DNA of 64,000 nt from Clostridia bacterium (GCA_017524445.1 JAFXVP010000009.1:28702-92701), one strand, 5' to 3'; positions 8,687 through 16,626 are shown, counted from the first letter of the stretch. A program made the numbers and translations. The notes: a model not told the origin generated them from the sequence alone.

Positions 8687-10018
8687 TCACAGTCCCCGGA
8701 AGCCCGGATTCGTCACCGGCGCACGGGACAGCGGATCGTAGCGGTACGGCTTTCTGCGTTTCTCCTGCGGCGCGGGGCGCGGACGGCTCATCAGCCCGTA
8801 GCGCAGCGCTTCCGGCGCGTGGTCCTCGCAGTTATCCGCGACGTCCTCGCAGTCGTGCACGTCGAAGGTCAGCGTCGGCAGCGTGCGGATGAGATTACGG
8901 CAGGTCTCGAAGATCGATAGCTCCGGCGTGCCGTCCGGACTCTTGGCAAGCGCTTCGCGAACGCGCTGCCAGCCCGGCACGCGGGCGTTGTCCGCCGGGA
9001 TCAGCGGCACGCCGTTGTGACTGAACACCTCCGCAATGCTCTCCCCCTCCGCGCCCTTCAGCCCGCGCTGCTGCCAGGCGTCGGGCGAAGCGACGGTGTA
9101 GGCGATGCGCTCGCCCTCGGAGAGCTTTTTGACCCGCCTTGCGATCTCGCTCGAAAGCGTCTTTCGAAGGTACAGCTCACGGTAAACGTACAGCTTTCCT
9201 TCCGGTGCGACGGCAAACCACAGCACGCAGCACGGATCGTTGTAGCCCCAATCCATTGCGCGAAAGCGCTTCCACTCCATCGGGAGCCGCGTTGGGCTCA
9301 TTACGTGCAGGCTGCGGTCGAACTCCTGGAAGAACTGTCCTTCGAGGACGTCCCAGTTGCCGTCCAGATACGCTTTTCTGAGATGCTCCGGCAGGTTCTC
9401 GAGCGTTTCGAGGTATTGCGGATCCGTCCGGAGAAGCACCGGGTTGTCGGTGACCCGCGCCGGGATGAAGACGTAATCCGCCGCACGCTCGCTGTTGCGG
9501 TAATCGCGGTCGATAAACAGCCGCTTGACCCACGCGTGTCCCACGCCGCCGGGGTTGCAGGTGTAGTACATGCGCGGCGAAAAGTCGGCGCGCACCGAGC
9601 GGTTGCAGGTGGTCAAAAACTGCATCTGCGTCTCGGTAAAGTGTGTCGCCTCCTCGAGCCCGATCACGTCGTACTCCTGTCCCTGATACTGGAACACGTC
9701 CGCTTCGCGGTCGCAGTAGCCGAGCTTTATCCGGCTGCCGTTCGGGAACAGGAACGCGCGCTGCGTCGCCTGATAGGTGACTGCGCCGTTCAGCTCCCTT
9801 TGCAGCGGCAGCACGTGGTTCTCGTTGAGCTCCGGCAGCGTCCGGCGCAAAAGCAGGAGATTGAGCCCCGCATAACGAAAGGCAAGGAGCACGAACTTCC
9901 GGCGCATCGCCCACGACTTGCCGCCGCCGCGCGCGCCGCCGTAGGCGATATGCCGCGCATTTGCAAGAAAGAACTGTTCCTGTTTCGGGTTCGGCGTACC
10001 CTCTAAATGCAGGATCAT
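8687..10018 (-). CDS. terL: Phage terminase large subunit
   Basis: Start MILHLEGTPNPKQEQFF at 10018, overlapping the terS stop (ATGA). Walker A AYGGARGGGKSW; C-terminal nuclease-like DCEDVADNCEDHAPEALRYGL. Confidence 0.9.
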   Translation of the reverse strand: MILHLEGTPNPKQEQFFLANARHIAYGGARGGGKSWAMRRKFVLLAFRYAGLNLLLLRRTLPELNENHVLPLQRELNGAVTYQATQRAFLFPNGSRIKLGYCDREADVFQYQGQEYDVIGLEEATHFTETQMQFLTTCNRSVRADFSPRMYYTCNPGGVGHAWVKRLFIDRDYRNSERAADYVFIPARVTDNPVLLRTDPQYLETLENLPEHLRKAYLDGNWDVLEGQFFQEFDRSLHVMSPTRLPMEWKRFRAMDWGYNDPCCVLWFAVAPEGKLYVYRELYLRKTLSSEIARRVKKLSEGERIAYTVASPDAWQQRGLKGAEGESIAEVFSHNGVPLIPADNARVPGWQRVREALAKSPDGTPELSIFETCRNLIRTLPTLTFDVHDCEDVADNCEDHAPEALRYGLMSRPRPAPQEKRRKPYRYDPLSRAPVTNPGFRGL

Positions 10019-10407
10019 TTCGAGAACCTTTCCGCCGCGTCGTCCAGAACGATCTCTATCTGACCGTCCGCTTGTGTCGCCGTCCCGGAAAGCCCCATCC
10101 CTTTGAGCGCTTCGAGCGCCGACTGGTAATTGAGCTCGCCGAGCAGCGCCCGCTCGAGCGTAAAGGCTGCGATCTTCAGAACAGCGTCGCGCAGAAGCGT
10201 CTCCTCTTTGGAGCAGCGTCCGGTGTGAAACGCCGCAAGAACCTCCTCCGGCGTCAGCCGCACCGCCCGCGCAAGGCCGAACAGGGTGTAGGGGATCTGT
10301 CTCTCTTCGATGCCCCCGTTTTTCAGCTCGCGACGCTCGCGCGTTGCGTCGCAGGCCGCAAAATACGCCCCGATCGCGCTGTTCATTCGTTCCGTCCGCT
10401 TGTTCAT
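10015..10407 (-). CDS. terS: Phage terminase small subunit
   Basis: Start MNKRTERMNSAIGAYF at 10407 with a GGGAGG SD. The IPYTLFGLARAV motif is typical of small terminase subunits. Immediately upstream of terL. Confidence 0.7.
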   Translation of the reverse strand: MNKRTERMNSAIGAYFAACDATRERRELKNGGIEERQIPYTLFGLARAVRLTPEEVLAAFHTGRCSKEETLLRDAVLKIAAFTLERALLGELNYQSALEALKGMGLSGTATQADGQIEIVLDDAAERFSK

Positions 10408-10435
10408 GTGTGCCTCCCTGCCTTTCGTTGAACAC

Positions 10436-10444
10436 AGCATAGCA
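10436..10444 (-). promoter_or_regulatory. Possible extended -10 promoter (TGCTATGCT) for the terS operon
   Basis: Reverse complement of 10436-10444 is TGcTATGCT, about 30 nt upstream of the terS ATG. No good -35. Confidence 0.3.
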
Positions 10445-10453
10445 CAAAAACTT

Positions 10454-10508
10454 CGGACAATTTTCCCGGAATTTTGCCCGATTTCAGAGCAGCAAAAAGC
10501 GCCGTCGG
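10454..10508 (+). repeat. 55-nt direct repeat, copy A (left flank of the AlbA_2 gene)
   Basis: CGGACAATTTTCCCGGAATTTTGCCCGATTTCAGAGCAGCAAAAAGCGCCGTCGG; about 50 of 55 positions identical to 12139-12192. Confidence 0.85.
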
Positions 10509-10534
10509 AACAATTCTGCCGAAGTAAGAAAGCA

Positions 10535-10563
10535 TTGTAATCATCTCCGTTTTTTGGTATACT
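10535..10563 (+). promoter_or_regulatory. sigma-A-type promoter TTGTAA-17-TATACT (TGG extended)
   Basis: TTGTAA at 10535-10540, 17-nt spacer ending TGG, TATACT at 10558-10563, about 27 nt upstream of the 10591 ATG. Confidence 0.6.
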
Positions 10564-10590
10564 GACTGTGGAGATGTTCGGAGGTGCGAA

Positions 10591-12066
10591 ATGATCGATC
10601 TCAATCATTTGGAACAATATAGGGAAAACAACCGAATCGAGGCAAAGAAAGCCGCAGGCGGCCTTCCGCAGAGCATTTGGGAAACGTACTCCGCGTTCGC
10701 AAACACGCTTGGCGGGATCATTCTGCTTGGGGTAGAAGAACATCCCGATAAATCTCTCCATGCGATCCATCTCCCGGACCCCGAAAAGCTGGTTAAAGAT
10801 TTCTGGGACGCCGTCAACAATCCCAATAAAGCCAGCGTGAATATCCTTTCAAGCAAAGACGTTACGATCGAAGCCGTCGGCGAGGATCGCATCGTCGTCA
10901 TCAACGTTCCGCGGGCGGATCGCTCCTATAAACCGGTTTTTGTGGACGGCAATCCTCTGAACAGCTATCGGCGCAACGGCGAAGGCGATTATAAATGCAC
11001 GTCCGATGAGCTGCACGCCATGTACCGGGATGCGTCCGTCAAAACACAGGACATGCTCGTGCTGCAGGAAATGCGTCTCGACGTCATCCATGCGGAAAGT
11101 CTGCGCGCCTATCGACAGCGGATGCGCCTCAGCAGACCGGGACACGTATGGGATACTTTGGATGATGAGCAGTTTTTGATCAAGCTCGGCGCCGCTGCGA
11201 TCGGCGAAAACGGTTCTGTTCATCCTACTGCGGCAGGTCTTTTGATGTTCGGAAACGAATCCGATATTGTCCGTGAATATCCGCGCTATTTCCTGGACTA
11301 TCGGGAAGAGTATGACGACGTTCATCGGTGGACGGATCGGGTCATTTCTTCTTCCGGAGACTGGAGCGGCAACGTCTTCGATTTCTATTTCCGGGTCTAT
11401 AACAAGCTTCAGCTCGATTTGAAAGTTCCCTTTGAAATGAACGGTATTTACCGCGTCGATGATACGCCTGTTCACGGAGCGTTGCGCGAAGCGTTGGCGA
11501 ACTGCCTGGTCAATGCCGATTATTACGGCCGTCAGGGGTTGGTGATCATCAAAAAGAAAGACGTCATTACCATGACCAATCCGGGTGATTTCCGTATCGG
11601 TCTGTCCGCCGCGCGTTCCGGCGGCGTGTCCGACCCGCGAAACGGCACGATGATGAAAATGTTCAACTTGATTGATATCGGCGAACGTGCAGGCAGCGGC
11701 ATTCCGAACATCTTCTCCGTCTGGAAGCAGCAGGGTTGGAGCGATCCGACAATTCTGATCTCCTCGGAACCGGATCGCAGCACGCTCATTTTGCCGCTGA
11801 TTCAACATTATTACGCAGATGCAGCGACAAAAAGTAGCGATAACAAAGAAAATAGCGATAAAAAAGTAGCGATAAAAACAGAAAGAAACAAGAACGCCAT
11901 CCTTGCTTATCTGACGGATCACGCGTCTGCAAAGGTATCTGACTTTGAACCTTTACTCGGCATTAAAGCCGCACGCATTCGGCGTTTGCTTTCGGAAATG
12001 ATCGCCGACGGCGTTGTTGTCGCAGAAGGTGCCAACAGGAATCGTACCTATCGGCTGAAAAGCTGA
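10591..12066 (+). CDS. AlbA_2 (Schlafen-like) + HATPase_c_4 (RecG C-terminal-like) + C-terminal wHTH protein; putative DNA-binding ATPase/regulator
   Basis: N-terminus ENNRIEAKKAAGGLP..AFANTLGGIILLGVEE; middle REALANCLVNADYY...NPGDF...SDPRNGTMMKMF..IGERAGSGIPNIF; C-terminal wHTH (ILAYLTDHASAKVSDF..RRLLSEMIADGVV). GGAGG SD. Visibly lower GC than the flanks. Confidence 0.8.
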   Translation: MIDLNHLEQYRENNRIEAKKAAGGLPQSIWETYSAFANTLGGIILLGVEEHPDKSLHAIHLPDPEKLVKDFWDAVNNPNKASVNILSSKDVTIEAVGEDRIVVINVPRADRSYKPVFVDGNPLNSYRRNGEGDYKCTSDELHAMYRDASVKTQDMLVLQEMRLDVIHAESLRAYRQRMRLSRPGHVWDTLDDEQFLIKLGAAAIGENGSVHPTAAGLLMFGNESDIVREYPRYFLDYREEYDDVHRWTDRVISSSGDWSGNVFDFYFRVYNKLQLDLKVPFEMNGIYRVDDTPVHGALREALANCLVNADYYGRQGLVIIKKKDVITMTNPGDFRIGLSAARSGGVSDPRNGTMMKMFNLIDIGERAGSGIPNIFSVWKQQGWSDPTILISSEPDRSTLILPLIQHYYADAATKSSDNKENSDKKVAIKTERNKNAILAYLTDHASAKVSDFEPLLGIKAARIRRLLSEMIADGVVVAEGANRNRTYRLKS

Positions 12067-12138
12067 CAGAAAGGCACGGCGGCTTTCGATATAAACGGGC
12101 GTTCGGCACCTCCGGTCGGACGCCCATTATCATTCGAT

Positions 12139-12192
12139 CGGACAATTATCCCGGAATTTTGTCCGATTTCAGAGCGAAAAAAGCGCCGTCGG
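12139..12192 (+). repeat. 55-nt direct repeat, copy B (right flank of the AlbA_2 gene)
   Basis: CGGACAATTATCCCGGAATTTTGTCCGATTTCAGAGCGAAAAAAGCGCCGTCGG; same orientation as copy A. Confidence 0.85.
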
Positions 12193-12201
12193 CGAAAAAG
12201 A

Positions 12202-12230
12202 TTGACTGCACTGCTCGTTTGTGATAATAT
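12202..12230 (+). promoter_or_regulatory. sigma-A-type promoter TTGACT-17-TAATAT for ddh
   Basis: TTGACT at 12202-12207 and TAATAT at 12225-12230, in an AT-rich stretch upstream of the GAAGGAG SD. Confidence 0.55.
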
Positions 12231-12259
12231 ATAATTTAATGAGTTGAAGGAGACAAACG

Positions 12260-13237
12260 ATGAAATTAGCGATCTGCGGATACGGAAACCTCGGACGCGG
12301 CGTGGAGGCCGCGATCCTGAAAAACCCCGATATGGAACTGGTCGGCGTGTTTACGCGGCGCGATCCGGACACGGTGCACACGCACACCGGCGCGAAGGTC
12401 TACGCCGCCGACGGGATCCTTGCGCACAAGGACGAGATCGACGCGGTGATCCTTTGCGGCGGCAGCGCGACCGATCTGCCGGTGCTGACGCCGATGCTCG
12501 CGAAGGATTTCAACGTGATCGACAGCTTTGACACGCACGCGAACATCCCCGCGCATTTCGACGCGGTGGATGCCGCGGCAAAGGCGGGCGGAAAGCTTTC
12601 GCTGATCTCCTGCGGCTGGGATCCGGGCATGTTCTCGCTGAACCGGCTCTACGCCGGCGCGATCCTGCCCGACGGCAAGGATTACACGTTCTGGGGCCGC
12701 GGCGTGAGCCAGGGCCATTCCGACGCGATCCGGCGCATTCCGGGCGTTCTGGACGCAAGGCAGTACACAGTCCCGATCCCCGAGGCGCTGGACGCCGTGC
12801 GTTCCGGCAAACAGCCGGAGCTTTCCGCAAGGCAGAAGCACCTGCGTGAATGCTACGTCGTTGCCGCGCCGGATGCGGACAGGGCCGCCATCGAAACGGC
12901 AATCAAGACGATGCCGAACTATTTTGCCGATTACGACACGACCGTCACGTTCATTTCCGCGGAGGAGATGCGGGAAAAGCACGGCGCGCTGCCGCACGGC
13001 GGGTTCGTGATCCGCACCGGCAAGACGGGCTTTTCCGACGAGCACACGCACCGGATCGAATATGCGCTGCAGCTCGATTCCAATCCGGAGTTCACGGCAG
13101 GCGTGCTTGTGGCGTTTGCGCGCGCGGTCGGACGCATGGCGGCCCGCGGACGGACCGGGTGCATCACCGTCTTCGACGTTGCGCCCGCGGACCTCTCCCC
13201 GCTTTCGGGCGAGGCGCTTCGCAAAACGATGTTATAA
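12260..13237 (+). CDS. ddh: meso-diaminopimelate D-dehydrogenase
   Basis: MKLAICGYGNLGRGVE Rossmann N-terminus, CGGSATDLP, WDPGMFSL and GVSQGHSDA motifs; 325 aa. Confidence 0.9.
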   Translation: MKLAICGYGNLGRGVEAAILKNPDMELVGVFTRRDPDTVHTHTGAKVYAADGILAHKDEIDAVILCGGSATDLPVLTPMLAKDFNVIDSFDTHANIPAHFDAVDAAAKAGGKLSLISCGWDPGMFSLNRLYAGAILPDGKDYTFWGRGVSQGHSDAIRRIPGVLDARQYTVPIPEALDAVRSGKQPELSARQKHLRECYVVAAPDADRAAIETAIKTMPNYFADYDTTVTFISAEEMREKHGALPHGGFVIRTGKTGFSDEHTHRIEYALQLDSNPEFTAGVLVAFARAVGRMAARGRTGCITVFDVAPADLSPLSGEALRKTML

Positions 13238-13251
13238 ATCTACGGCACACG

Positions 13252-13284
13252 AAAAAAGGATGGTAAGCGCTTGCCATCCTTTTC
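13252..13284. terminator. Bidirectional rho-independent terminator
   Basis: AAAAAAGGATGGTAAGCGCTTGCCATCCTTTTCT between convergent ddh and cobC. Confidence 0.75.
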
Positions 13285-13295
13285 TGTATTCAGAT

Positions 13296-13868
13296 TTACG
13301 GCAGACGCCGCACGTTTACAAGAACGATCGCGCCGTCGCGTTCGACGCAGTCCGCTTCGTAGCCGGAAAGATTCTCCGCGATCCAATCGTAAAAGTCCTT
13401 TTTCGGCTCGGCAAACTGCCAGAGCACCGACATGATGACGCCGCCGTGGACCACGAACGTCGCGTCGGAATCGAGCGCGCGCACCGTTTCGCAAAACGCC
13501 TTCCCCACGCGGGCGTGAAAAACAGCCTGCGATTCGCCGCCCGGACAAACGCCGGTGCAGCGGTTTTCGACCCACGCGCGATAGGCGGGATCGTCCTTCA
13601 TTTCGTCGCCGGTACGCCCCTCGAACACACCGAAATCCATCTCGTGCAGGTCGGGAACCACGATCTGCTCCGCGTTCGGAAACAGGATCGCCGCGGTCTC
13701 CCGCGCACGCTTCAAGGGCGAAACGTACACGCGGTCGAGCTTATCATCCTTCGGCTTCTGCTCCGCCGCCTCGCGTCCCGCGGGGCACAGCGGTTCGTCG
13801 GAAATGCCGACGTAACGGCGCACGGCGTTGCCCGCCGTCATCCCGTGCCGGATCAATCGGATGTGCAT
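13296..13868 (-). CDS. cobC: Histidine phosphatase family protein, likely alpha-ribazole phosphatase
   Basis: Start MHIRLIRHGMTAGN (RHG motif) at 13868. Last gene of the cob nucleotide-loop operon. Confidence 0.75.
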   Translation of the reverse strand: MHIRLIRHGMTAGNAVRRYVGISDEPLCPAGREAAEQKPKDDKLDRVYVSPLKRARETAAILFPNAEQIVVPDLHEMDFGVFEGRTGDEMKDDPAYRAWVENRCTGVCPGGESQAVFHARVGKAFCETVRALDSDATFVVHGGVIMSVLWQFAEPKKDFYDWIAENLSGYEADCVERDGAIVLVNVRRLP

Positions 13869-14218
13869 GACAATTCTCCTTTCAACACGGTCGGGATCCC
13901 GCAGACGACGCGCACGACCGCGTCCGCGCGTTCCGCGAGCGCGCAGCAGAGCCGCCCCGTTGCCTCGCGCCATTCGCGCTCTTTTGGGTCCATCGGGATC
14001 ACGCCGCTGCCGACCTCGCGGCAGAGAACGAGTTTTTTATTGAGCAGCAGCGGCAAAAGCGCCTCCGCGCAAGCCGGATCGGCTTTCACAACCGTTTCGA
14101 GATCGACAAGCACCGGCGCGTCCGCATGCGGATCATTCGACATCTGCGCGTCCGTGAAGCCGAGCGTTTTTGCAAACGTGCGCTTGCCCGCGCCGAAGCC
14201 GCCGAGAATCAGAACCAT
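13853..14218 (-). CDS. Short CobU-like P-loop protein (122 aa) lacking the central guanylyl-His segment
   Basis: MVLILGGFGAGKRT P-loop and a C-terminus VVRVVCGIPTVLKGE parallel to full-length CobU (VVEVVAGIPIPLKGE). No equivalent of the RIERHR region. Confidence 0.65.
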   Translation of the reverse strand: MVLILGGFGAGKRTFAKTLGFTDAQMSNDPHADAPVLVDLETVVKADPACAEALLPLLLNKKLVLCREVGSGVIPMDPKEREWREATGRLCCALAERADAVVRVVCGIPTVLKGELSCTSD

Positions 14219-14985
14219 AAGCTTACCACCCTTTCCGAAAGCACGAGCGCAAGAACCATCGCGATCGCGGAGAGCGTGATCCCCGCCCCCGCAAGGTCGC
14301 CGGACATGCCGCCGAATTGTTTCTTTGCCGTATGCCTGATATAGAGGAACACGAGCCCGCCCGCAAGCAGCATCCCGCCCGCCGCGACCGGCGAAAGCAC
14401 CGCCGCGCCGCCGATTGACAGTACGGCCCAAAGGATAAGCACCCGGACGGAGCCCTTCGACGCGGAATCGCGGAACGCGCGTTGCATGCCGGTTTCGTTT
14501 GCCGAAGGCAGCAGGCTTAAAAGCGAACCGATCGCGCGGGACAGCACATGCGTAATTCCCAAAAGCCCCACCGTTTTCCAATCGAGCGGCAGCGCCGCCG
14601 CAAGCCCGAAATACAGGAGCAGATAACACCCGACCGTGATCACGGCAAACGCGCCGCAGTGCGGGTCCTTAAGGATCGCGCGTTTCTTTTCCGGCGCGGC
14701 GTGGCTCGAAAGCGCGTCGGTCATATCGGCGTAGCCATCCATATGGATGCCGCCGGAAAGCGCGATCGGCAGGATCGTCAGGGCGACCGCCGACAGGATC
14801 GCGGGAAGCTGCAAAACCGTCGAGAGCCAATAATACAGGCACAAAACGCCGCCGATCACAACGCCGACGAGCGGCAGCGCGGCAAGGACGTTTTTCAAAG
14901 AATATTCGTTCCATTCGATCCGCGGCGTCGGCAGGACCGAGAACGTGGAAAACGCGGATACGACCGCGGTCCAAAGCGATTTCAT
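14209..14985 (-). CDS. cobS: Adenosylcobinamide-GDP ribazoletransferase (cobalamin synthase)
   Basis: Polytopic membrane protein with LPLVG, GGIHMDGYADMTDAL and GGMSGD motifs. Confidence 0.9.
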   Translation of the reverse strand: MKSLWTAVVSAFSTFSVLPTPRIEWNEYSLKNVLAALPLVGVVIGGVLCLYYWLSTVLQLPAILSAVALTILPIALSGGIHMDGYADMTDALSSHAAPEKKRAILKDPHCGAFAVITVGCYLLLYFGLAAALPLDWKTVGLLGITHVLSRAIGSLLSLLPSANETGMQRAFRDSASKGSVRVLILWAVLSIGGAAVLSPVAAGGMLLAGGLVFLYIRHTAKKQFGGMSGDLAGAGITLSAIAMVLALVLSERVVSLWF

Positions 14986-15500
14986 ATGGGCAGTTCTCCT
15001 TTCAGCGGGATCGGGATCCCCGCGACGACCTCGACCGCTGCGTCCGCACGCGCGGAAAGCGCACGGTTCAAAGCGCCGAGCGCAGCGATATACGCCGTCG
15101 TTGCGGGATCGTAGTTTACGCCGTCGCTTCCGATCTCGTCGGTCACGATAACAAGACGTTCACATTGCGAAAGCAGCATATCTATACCGCCGATCACCGC
15201 GTCAAACGGATCGCGCGGCGGTTCCGCGGCAAACATTTCATTCGCGGTCAGGTTTCCGAGATCCTCCAACAGCACGCACGCGCACGGCGGAAGGATCAGC
15301 GAGGCAAGGTACGTGTATCGCTCGACGGTGAGAAAGCCCTTGTCCTTCCGCATGGTGCGATGACGTTCGATCCGCTTTGCGCCCTCCGCGCCGAACGGCT
15401 GCATGCAGGCAAGATAGACCCGCGGCGAAGCCGTAAGGCACAGCGATTCCGCGTATGCGCTTTTGCCGGACGCCGACCCGCCCGTCACGAGGATCAGCAT
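14982..15500 (-). CDS. cobU: Bifunctional adenosylcobinamide kinase / adenosylcobinamide-phosphate guanylyltransferase
   Basis: Start MLILVTGGSASGKSAYAE at 15500. The RIERHRTMR His loop is present. 172 aa. Confidence 0.9.
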   Translation of the reverse strand: MLILVTGGSASGKSAYAESLCLTASPRVYLACMQPFGAEGAKRIERHRTMRKDKGFLTVERYTYLASLILPPCACVLLEDLGNLTANEMFAAEPPRDPFDAVIGGIDMLLSQCERLVIVTDEIGSDGVNYDPATTAYIAALGALNRALSARADAAVEVVAGIPIPLKGELPI

Positions 15501-16564
15501 GGGTTCCCTCCCTGCGGCGTGTACTGTTCGATGCCGGTCTCCGCAAACGAGACCGAGCCGTGATAGACCGCAAGCGCCATGTCCAAGAGCGGCAGCATGC
15601 ACACCGCGCCGGTGCCCTCGCCGAGCTTCATGTCCGCAAACAAAATCGCCGACAGCCCGAGCTCGTCGAGGATCGCCTCGGCGACCGGCTCCTTCGAGCA
15701 ATGGCTTGCAAGCATCGCCGTGACGCAGTTCGGCACGAGCCGCGACGCGACGAGCGCCGCGACGGAGCTGATGAGCCCGTCGATGAGGATCGGAATGCGC
15801 TCGATCGCCGCGCCGATATAGAGACCGACGAGTCCCGTGATATCGAACCCGCCGAGTTTCCGTAATACGTCGAACGGATCGCTCGGATCGGGCTTGTTCA
15901 CCGCGATCGCGCGACGTATCGCCTCGCGCTTTCGCAAAAGCCCCGTGTCGGAAAGCCCCGCGCCGCGCCCGGTGACAGTCTCGACCGGAAGATCCAGAAG
16001 CACCGACGCGATCGCCGATGACGTCGAAGTGTTGCCGATGCCCATTTCGCCGGTGACGAGAATCGAATCCCCCGCCGCCTTGCGCTCTTTTGCGAGCAGC
16101 ATGCCGTTTTCGATCGCACGGAACGCCTGCGCTTCGGTCATGGCGGGACCATCCGCCATGTTTTGCGTTCCGGAAGCGACGTGCAGGTCACGCACGCCTT
16201 CGACACGGGTCAGCATACCGAGATCGACCGGGATCACGTCCGCGCGGGCAGTCTTGGCCATGAGACAAACCGAGGAGCGATGCTCTGAGATGCGCCGCGC
16301 CATCGTTGCGGTCACAGACGCGTCGGTCTGCGTGACGCCCTCCTTGACGATCCCGTTGTCCGCGCAGAGCACAAGCACCTTGCGCCGGTCGATCGACACG
16401 TTCTCGTCGCCGGTCACGCCGGCGATGCGGACGACGGCGGTCTCCAATTTTCCGAGCCCGTCGAGCGGCTTTGCCACACCGTCCCAATGCGCCTTTGCAC
16501 GCGCCATCGCCGCCTTGTTCTGCGGCGCGATCAAAGCATTCCACGTCAAAAACGGTTCCCTCAT
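15494..16564 (-). CDS. cobT: Nicotinate-nucleotide--dimethylbenzimidazole phosphoribosyltransferase
   Basis: Start MREPFLTWNAL at 16564. KPLDGLGKLE, GEMGIGNTS and LGEGTGA motifs. Confidence 0.9.
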   Translation of the reverse strand: MREPFLTWNALIAPQNKAAMARAKAHWDGVAKPLDGLGKLETAVVRIAGVTGDENVSIDRRKVLVLCADNGIVKEGVTQTDASVTATMARRISEHRSSVCLMAKTARADVIPVDLGMLTRVEGVRDLHVASGTQNMADGPAMTEAQAFRAIENGMLLAKERKAAGDSILVTGEMGIGNTSTSSAIASVLLDLPVETVTGRGAGLSDTGLLRKREAIRRAIAVNKPDPSDPFDVLRKLGGFDITGLVGLYIGAAIERIPILIDGLISSVAALVASRLVPNCVTAMLASHCSKEPVAEAILDELGLSAILFADMKLGEGTGAVCMLPLLDMALAVYHGSVSFAETGIEQYTPQGGNPC

Positions 16565-16597
16565 GCTTCCGTCCTCTGTCTGCGATCTGATACAATG

Positions 16598-16626
16598 ATT
16601 ATACCATCCGGTCCGGACGCCGTCAA
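16598..16626 (-). promoter_or_regulatory. sigma-A-type promoter TTGACG-17-TATAAT for the cobT operon
   Basis: Minus-strand TTGACG (16621-16626), exact 17-nt spacer, TATAAT (16598-16603). This leaves only a leader of about 25 nt. Confidence 0.6.

Larger units (their letters stand above)
1810..10407 (-). mobile_element. Prophage-derived P22-order morphogenesis cassette (terS to putative needle); no integrase, replication or lysis genes in view
   Basis: Ten co-directional phage-type genes with SD sites and ATGA overlaps. Flanked by housekeeping-type genes on both sides. Confidence 0.7.

Noticed and set aside
8427-8920. Plus-strand ORFs of 75-162 aa crossing the terL-portal spacer, and similar ORFs at 28055-28328, 37952-38623, 38745-38957, 46070-46405, 49063-49341 and 49385-49810
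   Set aside because: Their sequences are translations of the hairpin repeats (recurrent PSPQGEG, HLIR, RRILRSEGSCEAKDLAK strings). They have no SD and overlap real genes or each other in several frames.
10408-10770. N-terminal extensions of the terS ORF (to 10770), the terL ORF (to 10447), and of the cobC, cobU, cobT, parB-like and RluA ORFs
   Set aside because: The extensions are low-complexity, overlap the preceding gene or the intergenic repeats, and lack SD sites. Internal ATGs with strong SDs and ATGA coupling give proteins of canonical length.
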